Shown in pieces: positions 1-9,710 of a stretch of 64,000 nt of DNA. The stretch covers positions 6,856 to 70,855 of the forward strand of contig JAJACG010000004.1 in NCBI GenBank assembly GCA_022601635.1, in the 5' to 3' direction. How positions within the stretch are numbered: position 1 is the stretch's first letter; each line of letters opens with the position of its first letter. The DNA comes from Chlamydiales bacterium (GTDB taxonomy: Bacteria > Chlamydiota > Chlamydiia > Chlamydiales > JAAKFR01). Under the pieces are notes generated by a model that was not told the DNA's origin, made no database searches, and saw only the letters and a list, made by a program, of their open reading frames with translations. The translations under genes and the position numbers were made by a program.

Positions 1-773
1 GAACAGGCAAGCTCCACAAATTCGCGCACAGAGTGCTGCTGACCTGTTGCTACAACATAGTCATCCGGCTCATCTTGTTGCAAAATCATCCACTGCATCC
101 GCACAAAATCCCGCGTATGACCCCAGTCACGCAACGCATTCAAATTACCCAGCATCAAGCGCTCTTGCTGCCCATGATAAATCGCAGCCAGCGCTTTTGT
201 AATCTTGCGAGTCACAAAATGCTCACCCCGCTTGGGTGACTCATGGTTAAATAGAATCCCATTGCAGGCAAAAAGGCCATACGCCTCACGATAATTCCTC
301 ACCGTCCAATAGCTGTAAAGCTTTGCAACACCATAAGGAGAGCGAGGATAAAAAGGTGTCTGCTCTGTCTGAGGAACCTCCTGCACCTTCCCATAAAGCT
401 CAGATGTCGACGCTTGATAAAACTTGGTGGGCAAATCAAGCAATCTCACCAAATCCAAAAGCCTCATTGTCCCCATTGCATTCACATCGGCAGTGTAAAG
501 CGGATTTTCAAATGAGACACCCACATCACTTTGCGCTGCCAAGTTGTAGATTTCATCGGGCTCACATTTTTTTACGATGCTCAAAAGCGAGTTTGAGTCG
601 GTCAAATCACCGAGGTGAAGAGTGATAGAGGGAAGTAGTGCCTCCAATCTGCTGGTATTTGGAGTGGAGCTGCGCCGCTTGATACCGTGCACCTCATATC
701 CTTTTTCTAGAAGAAGTTCTGCAAGATAGGAGCCATCTTGACCTGTGATTCCTGTGATGAGCGCTTTTTTCAT
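1..773 (-). CDS. gmd: GDP-mannose 4,6-dehydratase (N-terminal ~257 codons; the 3' end lies beyond the window start)
   Basis: Absent from the ORF track because it runs off the window. My minus-strand translation from ATG at 773: [36 protein letters not shown]...[16 protein letters not shown]...[33 protein letters not shown]...[17 protein letters not shown]. It shows the Rossmann GxxGxxG motif, the YxxxK motif and the NHESPxRG signature of Gmd. Confidence 0.85.
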   Translation of the reverse strand, partial: MKKALITGITGQDGSYLAELLLEKGYEVHGIKRRSSTPNTSRLEALLPSITLHLGDLTDSNSLLSIVKKCEPDEIYNLAAQSDVGVSFENPLYTADVNAMGTMRLLDLVRLLDLPTKFYQASTSELYGKVQEVPQTEQTPFYPRSPYGVAKLYSYWTVRNYREAYGLFACNGILFNHESPKRGEHFVTRKITKALAAIYHGQQERLMLGNLNALRDWGHTRDFVRMQWMILQQDEPDDYVVATGQQHSVREFVELAC

Positions 774-835
774 GCGGCTATCCTTTATCTTTGCTCTTTT
801 CTTTTCAATCCTTTTCCAGTAGAATCTGCCCCATC

Positions 836-2755
836 ATGATCCAAGTAACCCACAAAGATGAGAGTGTCGAGTTAGAGAAGGGTGCCTCTTGCTTCGACCT
901 GGCTCTAAAGCTCAATCAGACGGCACCAGATCAGGCGATTGCAGCCAAGGTCAACGGCCAAAATGTCGATCTTTTTACACCTCTCAATGATGGAGATGAG
1001 GTATCTCTTCTTGGCTTTTCTGACAAAGAGGGGCAAGAGATTTTTTGGCACAGCTCTGCGCACATCTTAGCGCAAGCTGTTTTACGCCTCTGGCCGGAGG
1101 CAAAGCCGACTATTGGTCCTCCCATTGAAACTGGTTTTTACTACGACTTTGCTGATTTGACTATCTCAGATGAGGATTTTCCTCGCATTGAGAAGGAGAT
1201 GCAAGCGATTATAAAAGAGAATTACAAGCCGCAAAGGGAGCTGCTAGATTCGAAGGCAGCCGCGATTGAGGCTTTTGGAGAAAATCCCTATAAGGTTGAG
1301 TTGATTGAGAGCTTTGATGACCAGCAGCTGACCGCCTATCGACAAGGAGAGTTTTTCGATCTTTGTTGCGGCCCCCACCTCTCTGCTTTGAATAAGGTGA
1401 AGGCTGTCAAATTGATGCGCACTTCGGGAGCCTACTGGCGCGGCGATTCTGATCGTGAGATGTTGACGCGCATCTACGGCGTTACCTTCCCTGATCGTAA
1501 GCTATTGAAGGCCTACTTACACCAGCTCGAAGAGGCAAAAAAACGCGATCACAAAATTTTGGGGCCCAAGCTTGATCTCTTCTCACATAGAGAGGAGGCG
1601 CCTGGAATGGCGTTCATCCATTCGAAGGGCATGCTGATCTGGGACGCACTGCTCGATTTTTGGCATGAGAAGCATCGTAAGGCTGACTATAGTGAGATCA
1701 AAACTCCGATCATGATGAACAAGGAGCTTTGGGAGAGATCTGGCCACTGGCAAAACTACCGCCAAAACATGTACATCTCCGAGATTGATGATCGTGAGTT
1801 TGCGATCAAGCCGATGAATTGTCCAGGCTGCATGCTTTACTACAAGATGCAGAGCCACAGCTACAGAGAATTCCCGCTGCGCATCGGTGAGATTGGCCAT
1901 GTGCACCGCCATGAGGCGTCCGGAGCGATTTCCGGTTTGATGCGAGTGCGTAGCTTCCACCAAGATGATGCGCACATTTTCATGGAGCCGCATCAAATTG
2001 AGGATGAAATTCTCAACGTGCTGCAGCTGACTGATGAGATCTACTCAGTCTTTGGATTGGAGTATCATTTGGAGCTCTCAACGCGTCCTGAAAAGGAGAC
2101 GATTGGTTCAGATGAGCATTGGGAGCATGCAACAGCTTCGCTCAAAGCGGCGCTTGATCGCTGTGGCAAACCCTATGTGATATCTGAGGGCGAGGGTGCA
2201 TTTTATGGACCGAAGATTGATCTGCATATTCGTGATGCGCTGGGCCGAACATGGCAGTGTGGAACGGTACAGTTGGATATGGCGCTGCCCGAGCGTTTTG
2301 ATCTGGTTTACGATGACAAAGATGGTAATCAGCCGCGACCTATCATGATTCACAGAGCTCTTTACGGCTCTATCGAGCGCTTCTTTGGTATTTTAATAGA
2401 GCACTTTGCCGCCAAATTCCCTCTTTGGTTGAGCCCAAGACAGATTCGCCTCATTCCAGTGGCGGATCGCCATCTGGAGTATGCGAAAGAGCTGAAAGAG
2501 AAGCTGTCGCAGTTCCACGTGGAAATTGATGCATCGCATGAGTCGGTTGGCAAGAAGATTCGTGCGGCTCAGCTGGATCAGTGCAACTATATGTTGACGC
2601 TGGGTGATACAGAGGTGGAGAATAAGACGATTGCACTGAGAACACGAGACAATGTGGTGCATGGTGAAATGAAGCTAGAAGATTTTGCGGCGAAGATCTT
2701 GAAAGAGAAGCAGTCTAGAGCACTGGTATCTCCTTTTAAGAAGGAGGCCTCATGA
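836..2755 (+). CDS. thrS: threonyl-tRNA synthetase
   Basis: 654-aa ORF. The track start at 791 is TTG; the first ATG at 836 gives [13 protein letters not shown]-like N-terminus, editing-domain [11 protein letters not shown], and class II core ([37 protein letters not shown]). Confidence 0.95.
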   Translation: MIQVTHKDESVELEKGASCFDLALKLNQTAPDQAIAAKVNGQNVDLFTPLNDGDEVSLLGFSDKEGQEIFWHSSAHILAQAVLRLWPEAKPTIGPPIETGFYYDFADLTISDEDFPRIEKEMQAIIKENYKPQRELLDSKAAAIEAFGENPYKVELIESFDDQQLTAYRQGEFFDLCCGPHLSALNKVKAVKLMRTSGAYWRGDSDREMLTRIYGVTFPDRKLLKAYLHQLEEAKKRDHKILGPKLDLFSHREEAPGMAFIHSKGMLIWDALLDFWHEKHRKADYSEIKTPIMMNKELWERSGHWQNYRQNMYISEIDDREFAIKPMNCPGCMLYYKMQSHSYREFPLRIGEIGHVHRHEASGAISGLMRVRSFHQDDAHIFMEPHQIEDEILNVLQLTDEIYSVFGLEYHLELSTRPEKETIGSDEHWEHATASLKAALDRCGKPYVISEGEGAFYGPKIDLHIRDALGRTWQCGTVQLDMALPERFDLVYDDKDGNQPRPIMIHRALYGSIERFFGILIEHFAAKFPLWLSPRQIRLIPVADRHLEYAKELKEKLSQFHVEIDASHESVGKKIRAAQLDQCNYMLTLGDTEVENKTIALRTRDNVVHGEMKLEDFAAKILKEKQSRALVSPFKKEAS

Positions 2756-3504
2756 CATCGATTGCCATTAGCAGTTTCAAGGGTGGTACAGCAAAGACAT
2801 CGACAACTCTGCATATTGGTGATGCACTTTCGCGCTACCATAAGAAGCGTGTTTTGCTGATTGACCTTGATGCGCAAGCCAATTTAACCGCGGGTCTTGG
2901 TTTTGATCCTGATGAATGTGACAGTTTAGCTGCGGTATTGCAGGGCTCTAAAGAGATTGACCAGGTGATCCAAAAAACAGACAATCCCCGTCTTGATTTG
3001 ATTCCAGCGGATACCTGGTTAGAGCGTGTGGAAGTTTCTGGTGCTTTGGCAGCTGATCGCTATTCTCATGAGCGCTTGAAGAAAATTTTGGATAGTTTGG
3101 ATTATGACTATGTTTTGGTGGATACGCCTCCTTCACTCTGTTGGTTGACGGAGTCTGCCTTGATTGGTGCAAAACATGCCTTGATTTGTGCGACTGCTGA
3201 GTTCTATAGTGTGAAAGGATTGGAGCGGCTGGCAGAATTCATCGGCAGCATCTCCCATAGACATCCGCTGAATGTCTTAGGGGTGGCTCTCTCTTTTTGG
3301 AACGTGCGGGGGAAAAACAATGCGGCATTTCTGGACCTCGTGGAAGCTACGTTTCCGAAGAAGATCCTCTCTTCTAAGGTACGGCGCGATATTAGCGTCT
3401 CTGAAGCGGCTATCTATGGGAAGCCGGTATTTGAATCTGCTCCCTCGAGCCGAGCGGCCGAGGATTATGTCGCCCTTACAAATGAAATGCTAAGTAGGTT
3501 GTAG
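2752..3504 (+). CDS. ParA/Soj-family partition ATPase
   Basis: Deviant Walker [33 protein letters not shown] overlap with the thrS stop. Confidence 0.85.
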   Translation: MTSIAISSFKGGTAKTSTTLHIGDALSRYHKKRVLLIDLDAQANLTAGLGFDPDECDSLAAVLQGSKEIDQVIQKTDNPRLDLIPADTWLERVEVSGALAADRYSHERLKKILDSLDYDYVLVDTPPSLCWLTESALIGAKHALICATAEFYSVKGLERLAEFIGSISHRHPLNVLGVALSFWNVRGKNNAAFLDLVEATFPKKILSSKVRRDISVSEAAIYGKPVFESAPSSRAAEDYVALTNEMLSRL

Positions 3505-3506
3505 AG

Positions 3507-4262
3507 ATGGTGAAATTAAGCTCAATATTGCAGCAGAGATTTAAGAAGAAAGAAAAGGCGAAGATGGCCTCATTGGCTGAAAAGAGTAGCTCAGGAGATT
3601 TAGCTGCTTTTTCTGGAGTCTTCCAAGTCAATGATATTTCAGCCAAAGAGCGTGCCGATTTGCGCGATCTTTTGGAGAAGTATGAGGATGCAACAAGTGA
3701 TACAGCTGAGGACCTGCAGCAGCTGAGTCAGATCACTTGTGAGGTCAAAGCAATTAACAATCAAGCGGCTATATTACATGGCGAGCGCATTAAAAGGGCG
3801 CAAACGCTTTTGAAGAAGTATAAAGAGGGTGCATTTACAGCTTGGCTATTGACTACATATGGCAATCGTCAAACGCCCTATAATTTTCTCCAATATTTTG
3901 AATTCCATTCCAAAATCCCCAAGGCTTTGCATGGCAAGATGGAAGAGATGCCAAGGCAGGCGGTCTATACGCTTGCGAGCCGAGAGGGAGAGATTGAGAA
4001 AAAGGAGGAGATGGTCCGCAACTACAGTGGACAGACGAAGCAGGAGATGATCTTGGAGATTCGCACTGCATTTCCTTTGGGTGAGAAGGATGGGAGACGT
4101 GAGAATATACCAGAGATGGGGATCAAAGCGCTAAAACGTGTTTTGTCTCAGCTGGAAAGACCTGATGTGCACTTTACTGAGGATCAGAAGGAGCGCCTCG
4201 CTGAACTATTGAATAAAATTGAGGAAAAATCATGCAAGCAACAGGAACAAAACCAATGTTAG
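3507..4262 (+). CDS. pGP6-D / CT583-like protein (possible ParB-like partner of the ParA)
   Basis: The central region AILHGERIKRAQTLL...FTAWLLTTYGNRQTPYNFLQYFEF...PRQAVYTLASREG resembles, from memory, the chlamydial plasmid protein pGP6-D family. It starts 3 nt after the parA stop. Confidence 0.55.
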   Translation: MVKLSSILQQRFKKKEKAKMASLAEKSSSGDLAAFSGVFQVNDISAKERADLRDLLEKYEDATSDTAEDLQQLSQITCEVKAINNQAAILHGERIKRAQTLLKKYKEGAFTAWLLTTYGNRQTPYNFLQYFEFHSKIPKALHGKMEEMPRQAVYTLASREGEIEKKEEMVRNYSGQTKQEMILEIRTAFPLGEKDGRRENIPEMGIKALKRVLSQLERPDVHFTEDQKERLAELLNKIEEKSCKQQEQNQC

Positions 4263-4780
4263 ATGATAAGACTGTGATGCTTTTCGAAGGGAATTTGAAG
4301 CGCATCTTTGCGATGAAGATCACTCGCTCTACTTTTCGTGAGCTACAAAATGTGATTCTTTCATGCGTTAATCAGAACCAAGAGATGGCAAACTTTCTCT
4401 TTGAAACATTGATGACAGGTCAGATAAAGCCAGGAACTGTCAATGAGAAGCATCAAGAGGTTTTGGAGCAGTGCATCACGCTATTCACCATTCCTGCCCG
4501 TTTGGCAAAAGAGGTGTTTGAGCGCGGTGAGTTCATCAATATCATCACAAGCGATATGGTGACACAAGGTGAGGAGTGCGCCTTTTTGAACCGTGTACGA
4601 CGCATTGATGGTGAGGAGTTCACCTTCCTTTCTGATCCGATGAATACATTGAATCTTCTGCAGCACTTTTCAGCGCGACTACCTGAGCTGATGAAAAATG
4701 CGAAGGGTAAAGAGGAGCTGGACAAGCACAAAAAAGAGCTTGCTTTGATCGGTGAGCGCATCAAGCAGATGGCGCTATGA
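4232..4780 (+). CDS. conserved chlamydial hypothetical protein, CT584-like (182 aa)
   Basis: Size and position (thrS-parA-pGP6D-like-X) match my recollection of C. trachomatis CT581-CT584. LFEGNLKRIF...FRELQNV N-terminus. An alternative start at 4256 would reduce the overlap with the upstream gene. Confidence 0.45.
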   Translation: MQATGTKPMLDDKTVMLFEGNLKRIFAMKITRSTFRELQNVILSCVNQNQEMANFLFETLMTGQIKPGTVNEKHQEVLEQCITLFTIPARLAKEVFERGEFINIITSDMVTQGEECAFLNRVRRIDGEEFTFLSDPMNTLNLLQHFSARLPELMKNAKGKEELDKHKKELALIGERIKQMAL

Positions 4781-4929
4781 TTGGATCTTGGGAGCTTATC
4801 GTCATCATGATCGTGGTGCTTGTGCTTTTTGGAGGCAAGAAGCTGCCTGAGTTTGCCAAGAATTTGGGCAAGGGCATGCGCGCATTTAAAAAGGCATCGC
4901 AGGGCATCGAGGAAGATGAAGAGAAGTGA
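4777..4929 (+). CDS. tatA: twin-arginine translocase subunit TatA/E (50 aa)
   Basis: Below the ORF-track size cut-off. My translation: MIGSWELIVIMIVVLVLFGGKKLPEFAKNLGKGMRAFKKASQGIEEDEEK. This is the canonical TatA pattern of a TM helix, FG hinge and amphipathic helix. ATGA overlap with the upstream stop. Confidence 0.8.
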   Translation: MIGSWELIVIMIVVLVLFGGKKLPEFAKNLGKGMRAFKKASQGIEEDEEK

Positions 4930-5626
4930 GTTCTGGGCTCATGTAGCAGAGCTAAGAACAACGCTCCTATCGCTGGTTTTTCTGGTGGTCACAACTTTTG
5001 TGGCCACCTTCTTTTTTCACCAAAACATTTTAGATCTACTTCTAGCTCCGTTAGATCATACAAGCTACATCCAACTCAGTCCTATCGAAGGCTTCTTGGT
5101 GGCACTAAAACTCTCACTTTGCACAGCACTTCTAATTTCAGCCCCCTTTGCTTTACTCATTCTTTGGAAGTTCATCTCACCAGCTCTTTACAGCCGTGAA
5201 AAAAGAGCCTTTTTCCTGCTCTTACCGCTGACAATTCTCTTTCTATCTATGGGTATTGGTTTTGCTTATAAATTTACTCTGCCAGTTGTGATGCGCTTTT
5301 TAAGCGGCTTTACAATTGGAGAACCACTTTGGGCGTTGGCTCCGACGATCAACTTTGTATTGTCGCTATTGTTGGCGCATGCGCTTTGTTTTGAGTTATT
5401 TGCTCTTCTCTTTGTTTTGGTGCATTTTGGTTTGGTTAGGGCTGAGCATTTGGCGAGTGGTCGGCGTTATGTTGTGGTGGGATTATTTATATTAGCGGCG
5501 ATATTTACCCCTCCGGATGTTATTTCCCAGCTTCTACTGGTTTGTCCGCTTTGGATTCTCTACGAGACGATCAACCTTTATGCGAAAATCAGAGTTTCTG
5601 CTAAGCTACATGAGCATGACGGGTAG
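4916..5626 (+). CDS. tatC: twin-arginine translocase subunit TatC
   Basis: Starts at the internal ATG (MKRSEFWAHVAELRTTLL...), 14 nt inside tatA. Six predicted TM segments with a TatC-like pattern (P.E.F....K.S......SAP......W.F..P.LY..E...). Confidence 0.85.
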   Translation: MKRSEFWAHVAELRTTLLSLVFLVVTTFVATFFFHQNILDLLLAPLDHTSYIQLSPIEGFLVALKLSLCTALLISAPFALLILWKFISPALYSREKRAFFLLLPLTILFLSMGIGFAYKFTLPVVMRFLSGFTIGEPLWALAPTINFVLSLLLAHALCFELFALLFVLVHFGLVRAEHLASGRRYVVVGLFILAAIFTPPDVISQLLLVCPLWILYETINLYAKIRVSAKLHEHDG

Positions 5627-6155
5627 AGTATTTTGGATTACAGCGCTTGCAGGAGGTGGAAAGACGACGCTTGCCAATGCGCTTGGAAAAAGGCTCAAAA
5701 CCCCTCTTCATCTTGATGGCGATGCTCTTCGCAAAGCATTGAATAACTACGACTATTCTCTTGAAGGACGAATGGCTTTAGCAATGAACTATGCTAGGCT
5801 GTGTCATCTCTTTTCTAAGCAAGGCTTTGATGTTATTTGCGCAACGATCTCAATGTTTGACGAGCCAAGAGCTTGGATGAGAAATAACATTCCAAACTAC
5901 TTTGAAATTTATCTCAAAGTAGAGGCGGATGAATTAAAGAGGCGCAATCAGAAGAGGTTGTATAGCGAAGGAAGCTCTGTGGCTGGGGTAGATATTCCGA
6001 TTGAGCTTCCCAAAAGCCCCGATCTTGTGATAGAAAATAATGGCACAAAACCAATTGAAACATTCGTTGAGGATATTTTGAAATGCAGCAAGGCGACTTC
6101 ACCACACTCGCAAAAGAGTATAAAAATAGAACAGGCTACTCCGATACAGTCTTAG
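5610..6155 (+). CDS. APS-kinase-fold P-loop kinase (CysC-like; candidate cytidine diphosphoramidate 3'-kinase, Cj1415-like)
   Basis: From the internal ATG: MSMTGRVFWITALAGGGKTTLANALGKRL...LDGDALRKALN...FDVICATISMF...YLKVEADELKRRNQKRLY. This is the APS kinase pattern (GxSGxGKST, LDGDxxR). Context is given in the findings. Confidence 0.75.
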   Translation: MSMTGRVFWITALAGGGKTTLANALGKRLKTPLHLDGDALRKALNNYDYSLEGRMALAMNYARLCHLFSKQGFDVICATISMFDEPRAWMRNNIPNYFEIYLKVEADELKRRNQKRLYSEGSSVAGVDIPIELPKSPDLVIENNGTKPIETFVEDILKCSKATSPHSQKSIKIEQATPIQS

Positions 6156-6826
6156 ACTATCTATGCAGCAAAATTCAACCCAACTCTGTTGCAGATGTCG
6201 GTGCTGGAACAGGCAAATTGACTGAGGGATTGATCCAACTAGGCCTTAAGGGATTTGCAGTTGAGCCTAATCAGGCGATGCGTGAAGAGGGAGCTGAAAT
6301 TGTTGGAAATGATCACTTTGTTTGGCAAGAGGGCTCAGGCGAAAAAACTGGTTTGTCAGATCAATCTGTGAATTGGGTATTGATGGCTTCGTCTTTTCAC
6401 TGGACAGATCAAGAAAAAGCCTTACAGGAGTTTGCGCGTATTTTGAGACCGGGTGGTTTTTTTACGGCGATATGGAACCCTCGCGATGTTGAAAAAAATG
6501 AACTTCATCAGACCATTGAGAGAAAAATTGAATCTCTGATCCCAGATCTAAAAAGGGTCTCATCTGGGGCAAAGGTAGGCAATATTGAAGATGTTTTAAC
6601 TCGTCAAAAACTCTTTGGCAATCTTATCTACATGGAAGGTATGCATGAAGTGCAGATGGATCAGGAGCGCTATTTGGGAGCTTGGCGCTCAGTCAATGAT
6701 ATTCAGGCGCAAGCGGGCCCAGATCGTTTTGCTGAAATTCTGGACTTTGTCAAAGAGATAACAGATTCTCTACCCTCTATTACCGTCCCCTATAAGACAC
6801 GAGCATGGACAGTACAAAAACTGTAA
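6083..6826 (+). CDS. class I SAM-dependent methyltransferase (Cj1419/Cj1420-like position)
   Basis: Motif I VADVGAGTGKLT, then post-I FAVEPNQAM, and LRPGGFF. Overlaps the kinase gene by 73 nt. Confidence 0.8.
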   Translation: MQQGDFTTLAKEYKNRTGYSDTVLDYLCSKIQPNSVADVGAGTGKLTEGLIQLGLKGFAVEPNQAMREEGAEIVGNDHFVWQEGSGEKTGLSDQSVNWVLMASSFHWTDQEKALQEFARILRPGGFFTAIWNPRDVEKNELHQTIERKIESLIPDLKRVSSGAKVGNIEDVLTRQKLFGNLIYMEGMHEVQMDQERYLGAWRSVNDIQAQAGPDRFAEILDFVKEITDSLPSITVPYKTRAWTVQKL

Positions 6827-9105
6827 AACCGATCTCTTTTGAAAGCAAAGCAAAGACGCTTGCAACTGTGGCATCGCGCATTCAAACAGCTCGCGTGCTG
6901 CCGCAGCTGCGCTTTTCACTTAAAGAGCTCGAAAAAGTCCAACCAATCGAGTTGATTGAGAAAAAGGGCTGGTTAGACCAGCCGCTGGTGATCCGCAGCA
7001 GTGCTGTTATTGAGGATTCTGAAAGTGAATCTATGGCAGGTCACTTTGTCTCCGTTCTAAACGTTGTTGGCTTTAATGCTGTCAAAAGCGGCCTCAAGCA
7101 AGTAGCCAACTCTCTTGCTGATCCTACAGATGAAATTTTTGTGCAACCAATGCTCACAAATGTCAAAATCTGCGGTGTTGCCTTTTCTAGAACGCCTAAT
7201 ACTGGCGCTCCATATATCCAAATTAACTATGATGACTCCGGCAGTACTACCTCTGTCACTGATGGATCTACCAATCAACTGCTCTCTTATCTCTACTATA
7301 GAAAAGCTCAAGCAGCTCCTCCAGATCCGTTGGACCGAGTTGTAAAGCTGCTTTTCGAACTTGAGGAACTCTTTTCAAATGACTCTATCGATATTGAGTT
7401 TGCGATTAATGATGAGGATCAGCTCTATCTCTTTCAGGTAAGACCTCTTTTGGTCAAGTCCAAGCCTATGGAGCAGCTCCCTCTGGACTCTATCTCAAAG
7501 CGGATAGAGAAGTTATCAATGCCGCACCCCAATCTTCATGGCTCTCGCTCCTTTTTTGGGATAATGCCTGATTGGAATCCTGCGGAGATTATTGGGCTTC
7601 GTCCCAATACCCTTTCACTATCTCTCTATAAAGAGTTGATCACCGATCAGATATGGGCCTATCAGCGTAACAACTACGGCTATTTGAATCTGCGAAGTTT
7701 TCCTCTATTAATTGACTTGTGTGGTCTCCCCTACATTGATGTACGTGTCAGCTTTAACTCTTTTATTCCACAATCTTTGTGTCCAAAAATGGCAAAGAAG
7801 CTGGTCGAGCACTATCTAGATCGATTGGAGAAAAACCCTCATCTGCATGACAAGATTGAGTTTGAGGTTGTTTTTTCCTGCTATACGGTAGATCTACCTC
7901 AGAGGGTAGCTGAACGCGGTTTCTCTAAGGATGAGGTGGAGCAGATCACGCAAAGCTTGCGGGAGCTGACCAATGGTATCATCGATGGGGAGACGGGCCT
8001 TTGGCGCCAAGATATTGAGAAGATCGAGAAGCTTGAAGAGCAGTACCAGGCGATTGTAGATAGCCCTTTGGATCGCTTGTCGAAGATCTACTGGTTGATG
8101 GAAAACTGCAAAAGATATGGCACTCTTCCCTTTGCAGGTTTAGCCAGAGCTGGCTTCATTGCAGTGGAACTTTTGAAGTCGTTGGTGCGTGAAGGGGTGC
8201 TATCGGAAGATGACTATCAGAATTTTCTAGCCTCTTTGGACACTGTAAGTGGTCAGATGGTCAACGATCTTGCTACAACAGATCGTGCCTCATTTTTAGA
8301 TCGATATGGACATCTTAGGCCGGGAACCTATGATATCTTATCACCGACCTATGCAGAAACGCCTGATCTATACTTTGACTGGAAGCATAAGCATCCTCCG
8401 AGAGAGCATCAGGAGTTTCATCTCTCTCTTAGGCAGTTGGAGGAGATTGAATCTTTACTTAAAAGCCATGGAATCACACACAATGTATTGACCTTCTTCT
8501 CTTTTTTAAAAACAGCAATTGAGGGTCGAGAGCACTCCAAATTTGTCTTTACTAAGACATTAAGCAAGACATTGAGCTATATAGAAGAACTTGGTGAGGA
8601 GCATGGCTTTGCAAAAGAGCAGCTGCAGCATATGGATGTGGGTGTAATCAAGCAGCTTTACTCTAGCTCAACTGATATCGCAGAGACAATGGGCGCCTCG
8701 ATTGATGAAGGCTGTAAGAAAGCGCATCTAATGAAGTTAATTCAGCTTCCCCCACTGATTACGAAAACAAAGCAGCTCTATGGCTTCTTCTTACCAACAG
8801 ATGAGCCCAACTTTATTACTTTAAAGAGAGGTCGTGGTGTTGTAAAAGGCGCAGAGTCTAAAGAGATTGAGGGAGCAGTAGTCTGTATTCCGAGTGCTGA
8901 TCCCGGCTATGACTGGATTTTTTCTCATAAAATAGCAGCCTTAATTACTATGTACGGGGGGATGAATTCGCATATGGCGATTCGTGCAGCCGAGCTTTCA
9001 ATTCCAGCTGTGATCGGGGCTGGTGAGACACTTTATGAGCGCTGGTCTTCAGCTAAGGAGCTTGAGGTAGATTGTCTCAATAGACGTGTGGTAAAGTTGT
9101 GTTGA
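6805..9105 (+). CDS. PEP-synthase-like ATP-grasp plus phosphohistidine swivel-domain kinase (candidate L-glutamine kinase, Cj1418-like), 766 aa
   Basis: N-terminal PPDK_N-type motif LVIRSSAVIEDSESESMAGHFVSVLNV. C-terminal PEP-utilizer mobile domain GGMNSHMAIRAAELSIPAVIGAG. Confidence 0.7.
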   Translation: MDSTKTVKPISFESKAKTLATVASRIQTARVLPQLRFSLKELEKVQPIELIEKKGWLDQPLVIRSSAVIEDSESESMAGHFVSVLNVVGFNAVKSGLKQVANSLADPTDEIFVQPMLTNVKICGVAFSRTPNTGAPYIQINYDDSGSTTSVTDGSTNQLLSYLYYRKAQAAPPDPLDRVVKLLFELEELFSNDSIDIEFAINDEDQLYLFQVRPLLVKSKPMEQLPLDSISKRIEKLSMPHPNLHGSRSFFGIMPDWNPAEIIGLRPNTLSLSLYKELITDQIWAYQRNNYGYLNLRSFPLLIDLCGLPYIDVRVSFNSFIPQSLCPKMAKKLVEHYLDRLEKNPHLHDKIEFEVVFSCYTVDLPQRVAERGFSKDEVEQITQSLRELTNGIIDGETGLWRQDIEKIEKLEEQYQAIVDSPLDRLSKIYWLMENCKRYGTLPFAGLARAGFIAVELLKSLVREGVLSEDDYQNFLASLDTVSGQMVNDLATTDRASFLDRYGHLRPGTYDILSPTYAETPDLYFDWKHKHPPREHQEFHLSLRQLEEIESLLKSHGITHNVLTFFSFLKTAIEGREHSKFVFTKTLSKTLSYIEELGEEHGFAKEQLQHMDVGVIKQLYSSSTDIAETMGASIDEGCKKAHLMKLIQLPPLITKTKQLYGFFLPTDEPNFITLKRGRGVVKGAESKEIEGAVVCIPSADPGYDWIFSHKIAALITMYGGMNSHMAIRAAELSIPAVIGAGETLYERWSSAKELEVDCLNRRVVKLC

Positions 9106-9710
9106 TTGGTGTGACGCAGCGAGTCGAATTTCATCCCCAAAGTGAGGAAATACGAGATGCTTTGGATCAAAGGTGGGCGCAGTTTTTATTTGCATGCGAC
9201 CTACCATTTGTGCTGCTTCCTAATCATAAATCAGGATTCGCACTTGCCAAAAGGTGTAGCGGCTTTTTGCTAACGGGTGGTAATTCGATTGGTGAGGCGC
9301 TTATGCGCGATCAATTTGAGATCAAGATCTTAGAATACGCTCTTGAGAGGGCATTGCCACTGCTTGGAGTTTGTCGCGGTATGCAGCTGATTCAGCACTT
9401 TTTTGGTGTACCCTTACAGAAAATTGAGGGGCATGTAAGGAGTAGGCACTTGAATGAGCGTAATAGTTTTCATGATTTTGGGAGTTATGAGACAGTTGAG
9501 CCGTTAGAGATTTTGGAGCGTGCAGAAGATGGTATTGTGGAAGCAATCTGGCACACTAAAAAGCCTCTTATTGGTATGATGTGGCACCCAGAAAGGGAGG
9601 AATCTTTTGATGATCGAGACAGACAGCTATTCAAAGGCTATTATTCTAGCGGCGGGTCGCGGATCGAGGATGGGCTCTTTGACAGAAGATCGGCCCAAGT
9701 GTTTGGTTGA
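9099..9710 (+). CDS. class I glutamine amidotransferase / peptidase C26-like hydrolase (candidate gamma-glutamyl-CDP-amidate hydrolase, Cj1417-like)
   Basis: GTG start overlapping the upstream stop. Nucleophile-elbow LGVCRGMQLI and C-terminal MMWHPE (His-Glu of the triad). Confidence 0.75.
   Translation: MLIGVTQRVEFHPQSEEIRDALDQRWAQFLFACDLPFVLLPNHKSGFALAKRCSGFLLTGGNSIGEALMRDQFEIKILEYALERALPLLGVCRGMQLIQHFFGVPLQKIEGHVRSRHLNERNSFHDFGSYETVEPLEILERAEDGIVEAIWHTKKPLIGMMWHPEREESFDDRDRQLFKGYYSSGGSRIEDGLFDRRSAQVFG

Noticed and set aside
5610-6155. The kinase as an ordinary CysC of assimilatory sulfate reduction
   Set aside because: This reading is not excluded, but I judged it less likely. No sulfurylase or PAPS reductase lies nearby, and the gene is overlap-coupled to homolog-type genes of the phosphoramidate pathway. 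A database search is needed to settle this.
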